DNA of 64,000 nt from Azolla caroliniana (taxonomy: Eukaryota; Plantae; Polypodiophyta). Positions 36,239 through 48,918 of this stretch are shown piece after piece. Made by a program: the position numbers and the translations under genes. The notes beneath the pieces are model-generated. The model saw only the letters and a list, made by a program, of their open reading frames with translations. It made no database searches and was not told the origin of the DNA. How positions within the stretch are numbered: position 1 is the stretch's first letter; every line of letters starts with the position of its first letter. The DNA lies in assembly GCA_043228905.1 (NCBI GenBank), contig JBHGNT010000004.1, positions 6,882,001 through 6,946,000 on the forward strand, read 5' to 3'.

Positions 36239-39200
36239 ACCGATTGGTATCTGCATCATCTGACATGTTTGAATCCGTGAAACTGTCAAGTTGGGGTTTG
36301 CCGGAGCCAAATCGGAGACACATACTTGAGGTGCCTTTCAAGTACCGGGGTATCTATTTTACTACATTCTAGTGCTCATTGCCGAGATTGCTCATAAACC
36401 GGCTCACCACTCTGATTGCATATCCGATATTCGATCGGGTACACATCATTGCGTACATTAAGCTCCCGACGGCAGAGGCATATGGTATCTTCATCATATC
36501 CGCCCTCTCTGCCTTCATCTTCGGGCTTTGCTTACCGGATAACCTGCAATTTGCCGGGAGTGTCGATTCGACCGATTTTGCTTCTGACATGTTGAACCGC
36601 TGAAGCACCTTTGTCACGAACTTCTCTTGTGACAACCACAATTGCTTCTTTGACCGGTCTCGAATGATATGCATCCCCAGTATTTGTCTTGCCGGACCCA
36701 AGTCTTTAATTGAGAAGGTCTAGTTCAAGGCCTTCTTCAGCATCTGTATCTTGACTTGGTCTCGTCCGACGATCAACATGTCGTCCACGTACAGGAGCAA
36801 TATCAGGAATTCTCCTCCATCAAATTTCTTCACAAACACGCAGTGATCGGCCTACGTCTTGTGGTACCGTTTATCGGTCATGAAGGAGTCGAACTTCCGA
36901 TACCATTTCCGGGGAGCCTGCTTCAAATCGTAGAGGCTCTTCTTAAACCAACAAACTAGGTGCTCTTTCCCTTTCTTCACAAATCCCTCCGGTTGCTGCA
37001 TGTAGATCTCCTCTTCGAGGTTGCCGTGGAGGAACGCCGTCTTCACGACTAACTGCTCTACCTCGAGGTCCATGCTTGCCGCTATGCTCAACACCGTCTA
37101 GATGGAAGTCATCTTTACTACCGGGGCAAATATCTCGTCGAAGTCCACACCCTTCTTCTGCTGGAACCCCTTCACCATGATCTTGGCTTTGTATCTCGGG
37201 GGGTTACCGGCATCTCCCAGTTTCAGCTTGTACACCCACTTGTTTCGGAGTGCCCTCTTTCCTTTCAGCAACTCCACCAATTCATACGTGTGGTTCTCAT
37301 GCAGGGAATCCATCTCGTCCTGCATGGCACTCAACCACTTGCGGCTATGGGTGTCATCCCTAGCCTCTTCGAAGCTTTCCGGCTCCCCCTCATCGGTCAG
37401 CAACACATGCTCTGCATCCGGAAATATCCAGGGGGCTCTTCTTTCCCGAAGAGGATATATCCGTCCTCAGTTTTCGATAACCGGCTCCTGCGTCTGTTCT
37501 TCATCCGAATCCGATTCGGGGTCTTGTCCGGTTCCGGTTTCAGCTTCCTCTCCTTCTTCTGCCGATTCGGTATCCTCACTGTATACGGCTGGTTCTTCGA
37601 GTGTCAACCGGCTCTTAGCCGGGTAGGTCCGAATCTCATCGGTCCGATCCTTACCGATCGACTCAGAGTTCATTATCTTCTTCTCCGACTCCCAGTCGGC
37701 AAGGGTCTTGTCCTCCATGAAGATAATATCTCGACTCCGGAACACCGGGGTCCCACACTCGGTAGCCGAACTCATCATCACCATATCCGAGGAATATCCA
37801 AGGCCAGGAGTTTGGATCCAACTTTGCTCTCCGGTCCTTTGCAACATGCACGTAAGCGAGACACCCGAACACCTCTAGATGCTGGTAAGACACTTCCTTA
37901 CCGGTCCACACTCTCTATGGCATGTCTCCGTCCAAGGGTACTGAGGGTGATCTGTTTATCACGTACGTCGATGTCGTCAGTGCCTCAGCCCAAAACGTCT
38001 TGGGTAACTTGGCATGTGCTAGCATACTCCGAACCCTCTCCATTATGGTCTGGTTCATCCTCTTGGCCAACCCATTGAGTTCCGGCGTCTTCGGCACGAT
38101 AAATTCGAGCCGAATTCCCTTCGAGCAACAATACTCCTCGAATTGCCCCTGATATTCTCCTCTGTTATCTACTCGAACCACCTTCAACTTCCGACCGGTT
38201 TCTCTTTCCATTCTCGCGTGGAGCTCCTTGAAGATGGATAACACTTGATCCTTCGTCTTCAATGGTGTGGCCCACAACTTCTGGCTGTGGTCATCTATGA
38301 ACATCACGAAGTACTGTGATCCGGCATGTGACTCACTTGACACACATCGGTATGCACCAGCTCCAGTGGTGCATTACGTCTCATCGGTGGCCTTGATCGG
38401 AAGGAGGTCCGGTTTTGCTTACCAGCCAGGCAGTCGGTGCACCTCTCAAGATGCACGTCCTTCACCGGAATGAGGTTGTCTTCGGCAAGCCTCTTCATCC
38501 CCTTCTCGCTCATGTGACACAATCTCTTGTGCCACAACTCACCGGTAGTGTCAGATGCCACGTTCATGTCTTCCCGGCATAACCGGGCATTCATTAGATA
38601 CAACGTGTTGACTTTCCGGGCCCGAGCCATTATTAGGCTCCCTTTGCAGAACTTCATGACACCATTCTGGATGCTACGCATGTAGCCTTCATCATCTAGC
38701 CGACCGGCTGATATCAGGTTTAGTCGAACCTCCAGAATGTGTCGGACATCCTTCAACAACAGCTTGCATTTGGTTGATGTTGTCAACAACACATCTCCTA
38801 TGCCGACAATTCGGCATGTCCCTTCATTCCCCATCCGAACACAACCGTGCTCACTGCTTGTGTAGGATGAGAAGCATTTCCGGTCCGGGGTAAGGTGGAA
38901 TGACGCTCCGGAATCGACAATCCATGTTGTCTCGTCGCCGGCAAGGTTCAACTCACTCTCCTCGGTGATGAGCATCAACTCTTCTTCACTTGTTGCGATC
39001 GCCGTCGTTCCCTTCCGGTTCGGGCCTCGCCGATCTGAACCGTTTCGGTCCGACGACTTCTTCGAATCGGTATTGTTGGTTCCCTTGTCTTTCCGGAAAT
39101 GCCGACAGTTCTTCCGGAAGTGCCCCGGCTTGCCGCAATAGAAGCAAGTAGGCCTTCCCCTTGACTTTGACCGTGTCCCCGACTTTTCCCGGTTTTGGGG

Positions 39201-40439
39201 ACTCCGGTTCCTTTGTCTTCTGCGTTCCGATTTGGTAAGGAGCGCTTTGGAGTCGGAGATTGTATCCTTGTCTTTCTGACGCGCCTCCTCATCTAGCAAG
39301 CTCGACTTGACTCTTGCTAGGGATAGCTGTTTTACTTCCGGCCCGGCGTTGCCCAACGTGATAACTAATGTCTCCCAGCTATCCGGGAGGGAACCGAGCA
39401 AGAGTAGTGCTAGTACCTCATCGGCGAGAGGTACTTCCGATGAGGTTGCCTGATGTATTAGCCCTTGGAAGGCATTCGCGCGCTCCACCATACTGGAGCC
39501 GTCTTGGTACCGGAGCCTCACTAGCTCCTGAAATACCGAAACCCGATTAACAACATTTTTGTTCTAAAACATAATGCCGATCTTCTCCCAGAGTTCATGA
39601 GCCTTGCTCTCTTCATTGAAGTTGTTGTACAGGATCATGTTGATGAAACACCGTATGTACGCCGTTGTCTTCATGTGCATCACCTCCCATATCGTGGCAT
39701 TGATCTTGTCCGGTCTCATGTCCCCGAATTGAACCTGCAACCAGAGATCTTTGATCACGAGCATGTCCCTCATCTTCGACTTCCACACTGAGTAGTTGGA
39801 GCCAGTGAGCTTGAACATGCCTCCCAACGAATCTTCCATTTTTCTGTGTCGTTTCGCTCTGATACCAGATTGGCAGGAATATGCGGAATAATCTTTGGCA
39901 ACAACCGAGACTTAGATCACTTAATGATAATCAAACACAGAAGAAATGAGAAATGGAAGTAAGTACACAAACAGAAGAGAATGCACAGGATGTTAACGTG
40001 GAAACCCTAAATGGGAAAAACCACGGGAGTCCACAGACTTCGAACTATCACTATGTTAAGGAGAATACAACAAGGGAACATAGAGGCAACGACCTCGTGC
40101 TTACAATCTTCGCCTGGAGATGGTTACAGTAGAGACTCACTCTGTCTCTCTCTGTCTCTGTCTCTCTTTCCCTCTGCTACGCTCTGTACAACAGTTGCAC
40201 CAAAATAACACTATACAAAATAATGACCACACAATGATACACACATGCCCTAGGTCATATTTATACTAATATGACTTTAGGACTATTTAAAGATATATCC
40301 CCAATGGGCTCTCAGAAACATATTTCCATATATGTCCCTTAATTCGGTGAGAGGTTCTCACCGGGCCTTCATCATCCCATCCGGAGGGATTGAGATCCTA
40401 ACACAATGTGTACATTCCCAGGATTTGCTTTGCCGAACC

Positions 40440-43400
40440 TGTAGAAAGTAGCGTGCGGAAGCAAGTATGAAGACCGAACAGAAGAGAGGAAACTCAGGTT
40501 CAATGCAGAGCTTGAGCTTACACGGTATACGCAGGAGAGACAGAGAGAGAGAAACACAAAAACTATATTCAACAATAATACTCAATCTGTACATAAGACG
40601 TGCTTCAGTGAACACTTTTATACAAGTCCTAGAAGGACTGACCGAAGTACTGACAGTACTTCAATGCTCATTAAGAGCTCCTACACTAACTCCCAAATAT
40701 ATTCCTCACGGAATATCTTTCCTAACGGCATCCCGGTTTACGCACTTGGCCTAACCGATCGGTCCCAACCGATCCGGTCCTCGGCTTCTTCAGCCGATCC
40801 AGCCGATGTTGAGGTTGTCTCTCAACACTCCCCCTCAAGCTCAACTCGAGGCTCTTCGGGATCCTCGGACTCACAGCTCCGGTTCCTCCTGGCTTCACGC
40901 CTCGCTCGCGCTCCTCGACCTGTTCGACTCCGCGCGCTTCGACCCTTCCGGTCGGCTTGTCTGCTCATGCGGCCCTTATAAGCTCTTCTGCTGTTGCGGT
41001 GTTGACGCTTCTCCTGCTGCCTTTTCTTCCACTTGGGCCTCGGTTGATTCACCGTGTCTGAGTCAAACATCCGAACCGATTCGGCTACCTCTGATCGGTT
41101 TTCGCTCTCGTCCGAGTTGGCTGTCTCCAACTCGTCTTCGGTCTTCTCGCCCTCGATGGCATCATCTCCCCCATGCGTGGTTGGCTTCGGCTCTCTCCTT
41201 CGGCTGCTCCCCTTCTGTCCGCTTCCGGACTTCTCCGCGGGTCCGCCCTCGGCTTCTTCAGCCGATCCGAAGTCGAACTCAACAACCGAGTCAACTGACT
41301 CGGTGGTGTCGCGGTCTCCGCTCCTTTCCTGCTGCCTTGCTTGGTCGTTCGGGACTGTTCTCCCCCTCAAGCTCGGCACATCGAGGTGACGCAACCCGAG
41401 CGCACCTGAGAATTGCCGCAACTTGTCCAGACCAAGAGGCTTTGTGAAGATGTCGGCAGTCTGCCGATCCGTCGGCATGTACTGAAGTTCGACTTCACCG
41501 GAAAGGGCACGCTCACGGACGAAATGGTAATGCACCTCAATGTGCTTGGTCCGTGCGTGAAAAACGGGGTTCTTCGCGAGCTGGGTGCTGCTGAGGTTGT
41601 CGTAGTAGATCGTCGTCGGATCTGACACCTCCTCTTGCAGGTCCTTAAGTAGCCGCTTCAACCATATGGCTTCGCATGTCGCGATAGATGCTCCTTGGTA
41701 CTCAGCTTCGGTGCTCGACAGGGCAACTGTCGGCTGCTTCTTACTGCTCCACGCGATCGCGACACTCCCGAGGGAGAACGCGTATCCAGACGTGGATCGG
41801 CGATCGGCGATCGGCGGCATTGCCAGCCCAATTAGCATCGGTGTAGCCGACTAACCGCGCGGCTGCACCGGTCCGATATAGGAATCCCCAGTCCTTAGTG
41901 CCGTTGACATACCGAAGTATGCGTTGCACACACTTAAGGTGCTCCTCGGTAGGTCGCGCCATGAACTGACTGATCACCCCGACCGGATAACTGAGGTCGG
42001 GTCGGGTGATGGTCAAGTATATGAGGCTTCCGACAATTTGTCGGAACCTCGTCGGGTCGCATACCTTTCCCGTATCGGGACGAAGCTTGACGGTTCTGTC
42101 TAGAGGAGTCGAGACGGACTTACAGGCTGCCATCCCGAATTTGAAGAGCATACTCAGCACGTAATGACGTTGGCTGATCAATATGCCTTTAGAGGTACGG
42201 ATCACTTCGATCCCGAGGAAGTAATGAAGGTCCCCCGGATCCTTCATGTCGAACGATGCCGCAAGCTGGAGCTTCACGCGGTTGATTTCACCTAGGTCGG
42301 CGCCGGTGATGACCAAGTCATCAACATACAGTAAAATACTAACCGGTCCGAGTCGACCTTTCCGGATGAACAGGGAAGAGTCCGATTTTGACGTGACGAA
42401 GCCCAACCGATGCAGTTGTTGCGTGATCTTCGCGTTCCAGGCACGCGGGGCTTGCTTCAGTCCATAAAGGGACTTCTTCAGTCGGCATACTGCCGAGGAG
42501 TTTGTTCCGGAGTGAAATCCGGGGGCTGTACCATGTACACCTGTTCCTCAAGGTCACCTTGCAGGAACGCATTCTTTACATCCATCTGATGTAAGTGCCA
42601 CCCCTTGGCCGCGGCTACTGCGAGCAAAACACGGACGGTCGTCATTTTCGCGACCGGCGCAAACGTCTCATCATAGTCGATGCCGTGTTTCTGCACATAG
42701 CCCTTTGCCACTAGCCGAGCCTTGTACCGGTTGACCGAGCCATCGGTGTTGTGCTTGACTTTGTACACCCATCTACACCCGATCGGCTTCACACCCTTCG
42801 GTGCGTCAACCAGGTCCTAGGTCTCGTTCTCCGCCAATGCGTGCATCTCTTCCTCCATCGCGGCACGCCAATTCGCGTCTTTAGCCGCTTCTGCGTAGCT
42901 CTCCGGCTCACGCACTTCCGCTACACGGGTCATGTACGCATAATGATGCGCCATGTACTCGTTGTATCCGAACCGCAAAACAGGATTCTTCTGGCGGGTA
43001 GATCGGCGTAATCTCACATTAGCCAATGTCGAGGCCTTCTCGGTCGACGCGGTCTTCACCTTTAAAGACCCGTCACCGGTTCCCTCGGAGTCGGACTTGC
43101 GTCGGTCTGACTTGTTCCTTTTCGTGCCGGAATGCAACACCTTCTTCTTCCCTTTCTCTTTGCGCGTAAGCCGTCTCCTCGGCTTCCTGCGCGGGGAATG
43201 CACGGCCGAGTCTCCACTACTCTCCGACACTTCATCGGACTGGTCGTACCGACTCAGTCGTGCAATCGGTCCACTTAACTGCAGTGAAATCGGACTCTCT
43301 TCGCGAGTCTCGATTTCGGGCTCATCCGGAGGCATCTCGGCCTCGCTGACCTCATCGTTAGAGCTCGGATTGGAGTCGAGGTTTGTAGTCGGGGGCAGGT

Positions 43401-46046
43401 ACCAGGACGCGGACTTGTCAAACACAACGTTGCGGCTAACACGCGCTTGTTTGGTGCTAGGGTTATAGCACTTATAACCCTTCTGCTCGTCCGAGTAACC
43501 GACCAAGATGCACTTCTTGGCCTTTGCGTCCAGCTTCCTCCTTTTCTCCTTCGGTATATGCACATACGCAATGCTACCGAACACCCTCAAGTGTTGCAAG
43601 TTCGGCTTCGTTCTGAAATATAGCTCGTGCGCCGACACTTTGTCTCCAATCCGGTTCTGGATGTATACCGCGGTCCTTACCGCCTCGGCCCAATAGAACT
43701 TGGGCAAGCTCTTCTCCTCTAGCATTGCCCGTGCCGCTTCCACAACTGACCGATTCTTCCTCTCGGCCACACCGTTCTGTTCTGGCGTGTATCTACAACT
43801 GAATTCGCGCCGAATTCCCATTTGTTGTAGATAACCGTTGAATTGACCGGAAAAGTACTCTTTCCCGCCATCCGACCGCAGGCACTTGATGTTTCGTCCA
43901 ATTTCGGCTTCCACGAACCCTTTGAGGTCCCGGAAACAATCGAAGACTTCGCTCTTCCTCTCAATGAGGTAGATCCACGTGTGTCGTGTGTGGTCGTCGA
44001 TGAAGGAGACGAAATATCGGCTCCCGCCAAGACTAACGTTTTGTGCTGGCCCCCATACATCAGAGTGTATAAGGTCGAGCTTGTTCCGGCTCCGGTTTCG
44101 CTCGTTGGGGAAGGGAAGTCGGTGTTGCTTCCCGAGCTAGCAGGCTTCACAAATTTGTGCTTTTCGGCCACTAAATTTGGGCAATCCGAACACTACCTGT
44201 TTCGTTTGCAGGTCTTGAAGCCGCTGGTAATTGACGTGGCCTATCCGCTTATGCCACAAGTCGATGTCCGACTCGGTTTTTCTTCCCTTTGCGAACATTG
44301 CGGTGCCGCCGTCAGTGGAGTCGAGGATGAACATCCTCCCGTCTCTGCGCCCTTGCGCAATCACACGGCCTTCTTCCTCAATGAAGCACCCGAGGTGTGT
44401 AAACCGAACCTCCATCCCTTGGTCGACGATCTGTCCGACCGAGACCAAGTTCTTTGTGATTGTCAGAACGTGCAACACGTTCATGAGTTTCCCTTTCTGC
44501 CCGACATGGCTAAGGGGAACTTCTCTGACATTTGCGATCGGATGCAGAGTGTCGTCTCCAGTTGCGACTACTCCAGGTTGTATCGGTTTTTCAAGGTATG
44601 AGAACCACTCCTTATGGCTTGTCATGTGGTTTGACGCGCCGGAGTCTACGTACCACACCTCGTCCAATCTCGGGGTGCTTTGTTTCATTGAGTTTTCTTC
44701 GTGTCTCGTCACAAAGATAGACCCTTCTCCAGCTCTCCCGGAGTCTTTGGCGTAGTGCGATCCCGGAGTCTTCGTGGCCTTTCTTGCCACAGTACCAACA
44801 CTCCGCGATGGCCTTCCCTTGCCGGTTCTCATCGCTTCGACTCCCCCTGTTTCCGGAGGGTCCGAAGTTGCTGTCGGCATCACTTCGGTGCCTTCTTCCT
44901 TGATCTCGTCGGCCGCATCCATTGCGCGCCGACTCGCCTCGTCCACCACGTCCACGGGGCCTATCTCCCTCCGTGTACAGCATTTTGCTGTCAGTGTGCG
45001 TGCTTGTAGACGCACCCGCGTGGTTCTCATCTACCAGGAGCATTGACTGTAAGTCAAAAAAGGACGACGTATTCTCCCGGGTACACACAGCCGTTCGGAA
45101 CGCTCCGAACTTCGACGCCAAACCTCCGAGACAGATCTGGACCATCTCGCTCTCCTCGATGTTCACGTCTATGGAGGCGAGGGAGTTGCAGATATCCTTG
45201 ATCTTCGAGGTATAGTTCGCCACCGACAAGTCGCGTTGTCGTAGGTTGCTCAACTCCTGTCGGAGCTGAAGCTTCCTAGCTGTGGTGCTCGCGGCGAAAA
45301 TCTTCTTCAGATTTTCCCACGCACCCTTCGGCGTCTTTGCATCCCGAATATAGCTCAATAGCTGTTCGTCCACACACGACGCAAAGCAGTATAATACCCT
45401 GCTCGCCGATTGCTCCCATGACAGGAAGTCTCTGTGTGTCGATTCGGGTGCCGCGTCATTAGCTCCTTCGACATAACTCCAGTAGCCGTGCCCGAGCAGG
45501 TACTGGTGCATCTTGTAGGACCAAGACGCGTAGTTGGTTCTGTCGAGCTTCTCTGTTGGAAGCGAGCTCACCATGTCTCTATCCATCGTTCTTCTTATTC
45601 TTCTTCGTCAAGCTGTGTTGGCTGCAGAGAGGTTCTCAACCCTCACGCTCTGATACCATGTAGAAAGTAGCGTGCGGAAGCAAGTATGAAGACCGAACAG
45701 AAGAGAGGAAACTCAGGTTCAATGGAGAGCTTGAGCTTACACGGTATACACAGGAGAGACAGAGAGAGAGAAACACAAAAACTATATTCAACAATAATAC
45801 TCAATCTGTACATAAGACGTGCTTCAGTGAACACTTTTATACAAGTCCTAGAAGGACTGACCGAAGTACTGATAGTACTTCAATGCTCATTAAGAGCTCC
45901 TACACTAACTCCCAAATATATTCCTCACGGAATATCTTTCCTAACGGCATCCCGGTTTACGCACTCGGCCTAACCGATCGGTCCCAACCGATCCGGTCCT
46001 TGGCTTCTTCAGCTGATCCAGCCGATGTTGAGCTTGTCTCTCAACA
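40440..46046 (-). mobile_element. Copia element C (Ale-like). 388-bp LTRs 45659-46046 (5') and 40440-40827 (3'), TSD GAACC.
   Basis: GAACC at 40435-40439 and 46047-46051. iMet PBS abuts the LTR (45646-45658); PPT gagcttgagggggag 40828-40842. gag from 45586, WYVDSGASNHMT, INT, RT YVDD, RH. Seven LTR mismatches counted. Confidence 0.95.
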
Positions 46047-46103
46047 GAACCCATATCCTTCATCGCGAAGGACTTGCTCATGGCCTTCTTCAAGCTTTCG
46101 ATT

Positions 46104-46274
46104 TGTTGGGAAACTAGTCCGGATTAGAACCGGACAAGCCAGATTGGACGAAACAAACTGGATGGATCCAGAAGGTACCTTGACATTCATATTTGTAAAT
46201 AACCCCAAAGTTATATATGTATAAATAGAACTAGGGAACACTACTAAAAATGAGTAGTTGTGGTTATGTGTGTT

Positions 46275-46310
<36 letters not shown>

Positions 46311-48066
46311 CATTTTTTGTTGTAACCGTCGTTCACAAAGATAGAGCTCGAGGTCATTCCCTCAGAGTCTCACACTGTAATATCTCTCCTCATAGTGGTT
46401 CAGTTTAGAGTCTACGAACTCCCATGGTTTTGCCTCCTTGAGGGTTTCCATGTAAAAATCTTGTGTTGTTTCGTTTGACTGTGTAAGTGCATTCATCATT
46501 ATATCCGATTTCTGTTTCTTTCATAGAGTGATTGAGACTCGGTTGTGGTCGAGCACTATTTCTATCAAATTAGTATCATAACGATTTGGTTTCAAGCCTA
46601 AATAGAAAATGGAAGATTCATTCGACGACATGTTCAAGCTCACCGGCTCCAACTACTCAGTGTGGAAGTCAGAGATGAGAGACATGCTGGTGGTAAAAGA
46701 TCTTTGGCTGCCGGTATAGTTTAGAGATGCAAAACCGGACAAAATAGATGTGTCAACCTCGGAGGTGATGCACATGAAGATGACAACCTACATTCGATGC
46801 TTCATCGACATGAGCCTGTATAACAACTTCAATGAGGAGAAGAAATCCCACGAGCTCTGGGAGAAGATATGCATCATGTTTGAGAACAAGAATGTTGTGA
46901 ATCGAGCCTCGGTCTTTCGAAAGTTAGTGAGACTAAGATATCAAGATGGCTCCAACATGGCGGATCATATGAATGCCTTCCAGGGCTTATAAATCAGACA
47001 ACCTCGCTAGAGGTACCTCTAGCTGACGAGGTACTCGCCTTGTTGCTTCTCGGTTCCCTCCCGGATAGCTGGGAGACGTTGATTGTCACGCTGGGCAATG
47101 CCGGGCCGGAAGGTAAACACCTATCCCTAGCGAGAGTAAAATCAAGCTTGCTAAATGAAGAGGCTCATCAGAAAGACAAGGAGGTGATCTCCGTCTCAAA
47201 AGTGGGTGGTCAACTTCAGAGCGTCATTCCATCTTACACCCGACCGGAAGTACTTCGCATCCTACAGAGCCAAGGATCACGACTGTGTAAGGATGGGAAA
47301 TGAAGGTGCATGCCGAATTGTCGGCATAGGAGACATATGGCTGACGACGTCAACCGGGTGCAAATTGTTTCTGAAAGACGTTTGACAAGTTCCGGAAGTT
47401 CGGTTGAACCTGATATTAGCCGGTTATCTGGATGATGAATGCTACATGGGTAGCATCCGAAAACGGAGTCATGAAGTTAAGCAAAGGAAGCCTGATCGTA
47501 GCTCGAGCCCGGAAGATCAACACACTATACCTGATGCATGCCTAGATTGGTCGGGAAGACGTAAATGTGGCAGCGGATACTGTTGGTGAGATGTGGCACA
47601 AGAGGTTGTGCCACATGAGTCAGAAAGGGATGCAATGGCTTGCTGAAGATAACCTCATTCCGGAGGTGAAGGACGTGCATCTTGAGAAGTGCACCTACTG
47701 TTTGGCCGGAAAACAGAATGAAACCTCTTTCCGGTCAAGGCCACCAACAAGTCGGAAAGAACCACTGGAGCTCGTGCATACCGATGTATGCCAAGTGGAC
47801 ACGAAGTCACATGTTGGGTCGCAGTACTTCGTGATGTTCATAGATGACCACAATTGGAAGTTGTGGGTCTCACCGCTGAAGACAAAGGATCAAGTACTGA
47901 CCATCTTCAAGGAGTTCCACATGAGAGTGGAAAGAGAAACAGACCGGAAGCTGAAGGCAATTTGAGTCGACAACGGTGGAGAGTACCAGGGGTAGTTTGA
48001 GGAATACTGCAGGTCAAAAGGAATCCAACACGAATTTACCATGACGAAGACGCCAGAGTTGAACAA
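46104..48066 (+). mobile_element. Copia element D (same family as B), 5' LTR about 46104-46567 plus decayed gag-PR-INT, 3'-truncated
   Basis: TGTTGGG start, degenerate PBS tagtatcataacg, gag MEDSFDDMFKLTGSNYSVWKS at 46609, WHKRLCHMS and ELVHTDVC. Breaks off after TPELN. Confidence 0.85.
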
Positions 48067-48918
48067 TGTCACGGTTTTCGTGATTATGTGTCGAAATGGG
48101 GCGGGACCACCAGGGACCCGGACCAAGGAGCCGGTGTGAGATGTTTTCGTGACACTAATCCTATGGGTCCTCATCATCTTTTGCTGCATAAGATCTTCTA
48201 TATTCATCATTTGGTATCAGAGTGACCTTGTTGTCGAACGACAACAAATAGCAAGAGAGAAACTATCTGGCTAAAAGAAAAGATCAGGTCGGTAGAAATT
48301 TCTTTTCTAGAAGATGGCATCACAATTTGGCATAAGTGTAGAAATCTAGAAGTTCGATGGAAAGAACTTTGTCCTCTAGAAAGAAATGATGTGCGATGTC
48401 TTAATCATCCGGTGGCAAGTGTCATGGCAAGACTCGAACCCATGACTTTATGCTACATGGGTCGAGCTCTTACCATTAGATTAGGAATTGTATTTTGTAG
48501 GATATTATTTTCATTTATACTTTATCATAGAAAATTGATGTATATTCCAGATCTCTCTGGAACATTCTAGAAGCTTCAAGATTATTCCTAAAAACACTAT
48601 AAAAGGAGGCACAAGGCATTGTTTTGAACCAAATTGGTTCAACGCCAGTCTTAAGCCTCTTAACCGCTTGTACTTATCTTTTCACATAATATATAGTTGT
48701 TGTCATCATCTCTCTCATTCTCGCTATCTCTCTCTCTCTCCTCTTCTCACTTCCTCTCTCGGGAATCTTATGCAGTCCCGTCCTCTTAGTACTAATAGTA
48801 CTGCTGTTCATAGTACTAATTCCATCTCTGTTTTAGTACTATTCCTGACAGTTTGAACCAATTTCTCCTCTAGCCTACTTGTCACTCTCCCTCATCCTCC
48901 TACCCTTTTCCCTATACT

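Larger units (their letters stand above)
29368..40403 (-). mobile_element. Copia element B (Tork/Tto1-like), full length but decayed. LTRs 39871-40403 (5') and 29368-29958 (3'), TSD CAATG.
   Basis: CAATG at 29363-29367 and 40404-40408. tRNA-iMet PBS TGGTATCAGAGCG at 39855-39867; PPT 29959-29970. gag MEDSLGGMFKLTGSNY at 39839, knuckle CFYCGKPGHFRKNC, protease WIVDSGASFH, then INT, RT, RH with stops and frameshifts. Confidence 0.93.
27997..46103 (-). mobile_element. Copia element A (Tork/Tto1-like), base of the nest. Own sequence: 3' LTR 27997-28501, PPT 28502-28512, RNaseH/RT 28513-29367, 40404-40439 and 46047-46103. The 5' part is not seen.
   Basis: PPT gaagggggagtt next to the TGTTGGG LTR start. 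RT reads SLKKAMSKSFAMKDMG-SAKQILGM-...WLSQEKYVTKVLQRF...VPYASAIGS once insertions B and C are removed. Confidence 0.8.

Noticed and set aside
37290-45215. Long antisense ORFs over Copia B and C (for example 262, 213 and 252 aa)
   Set aside because: Shadow frames of GC-rich gag-pol sequence with no independent coding signal.
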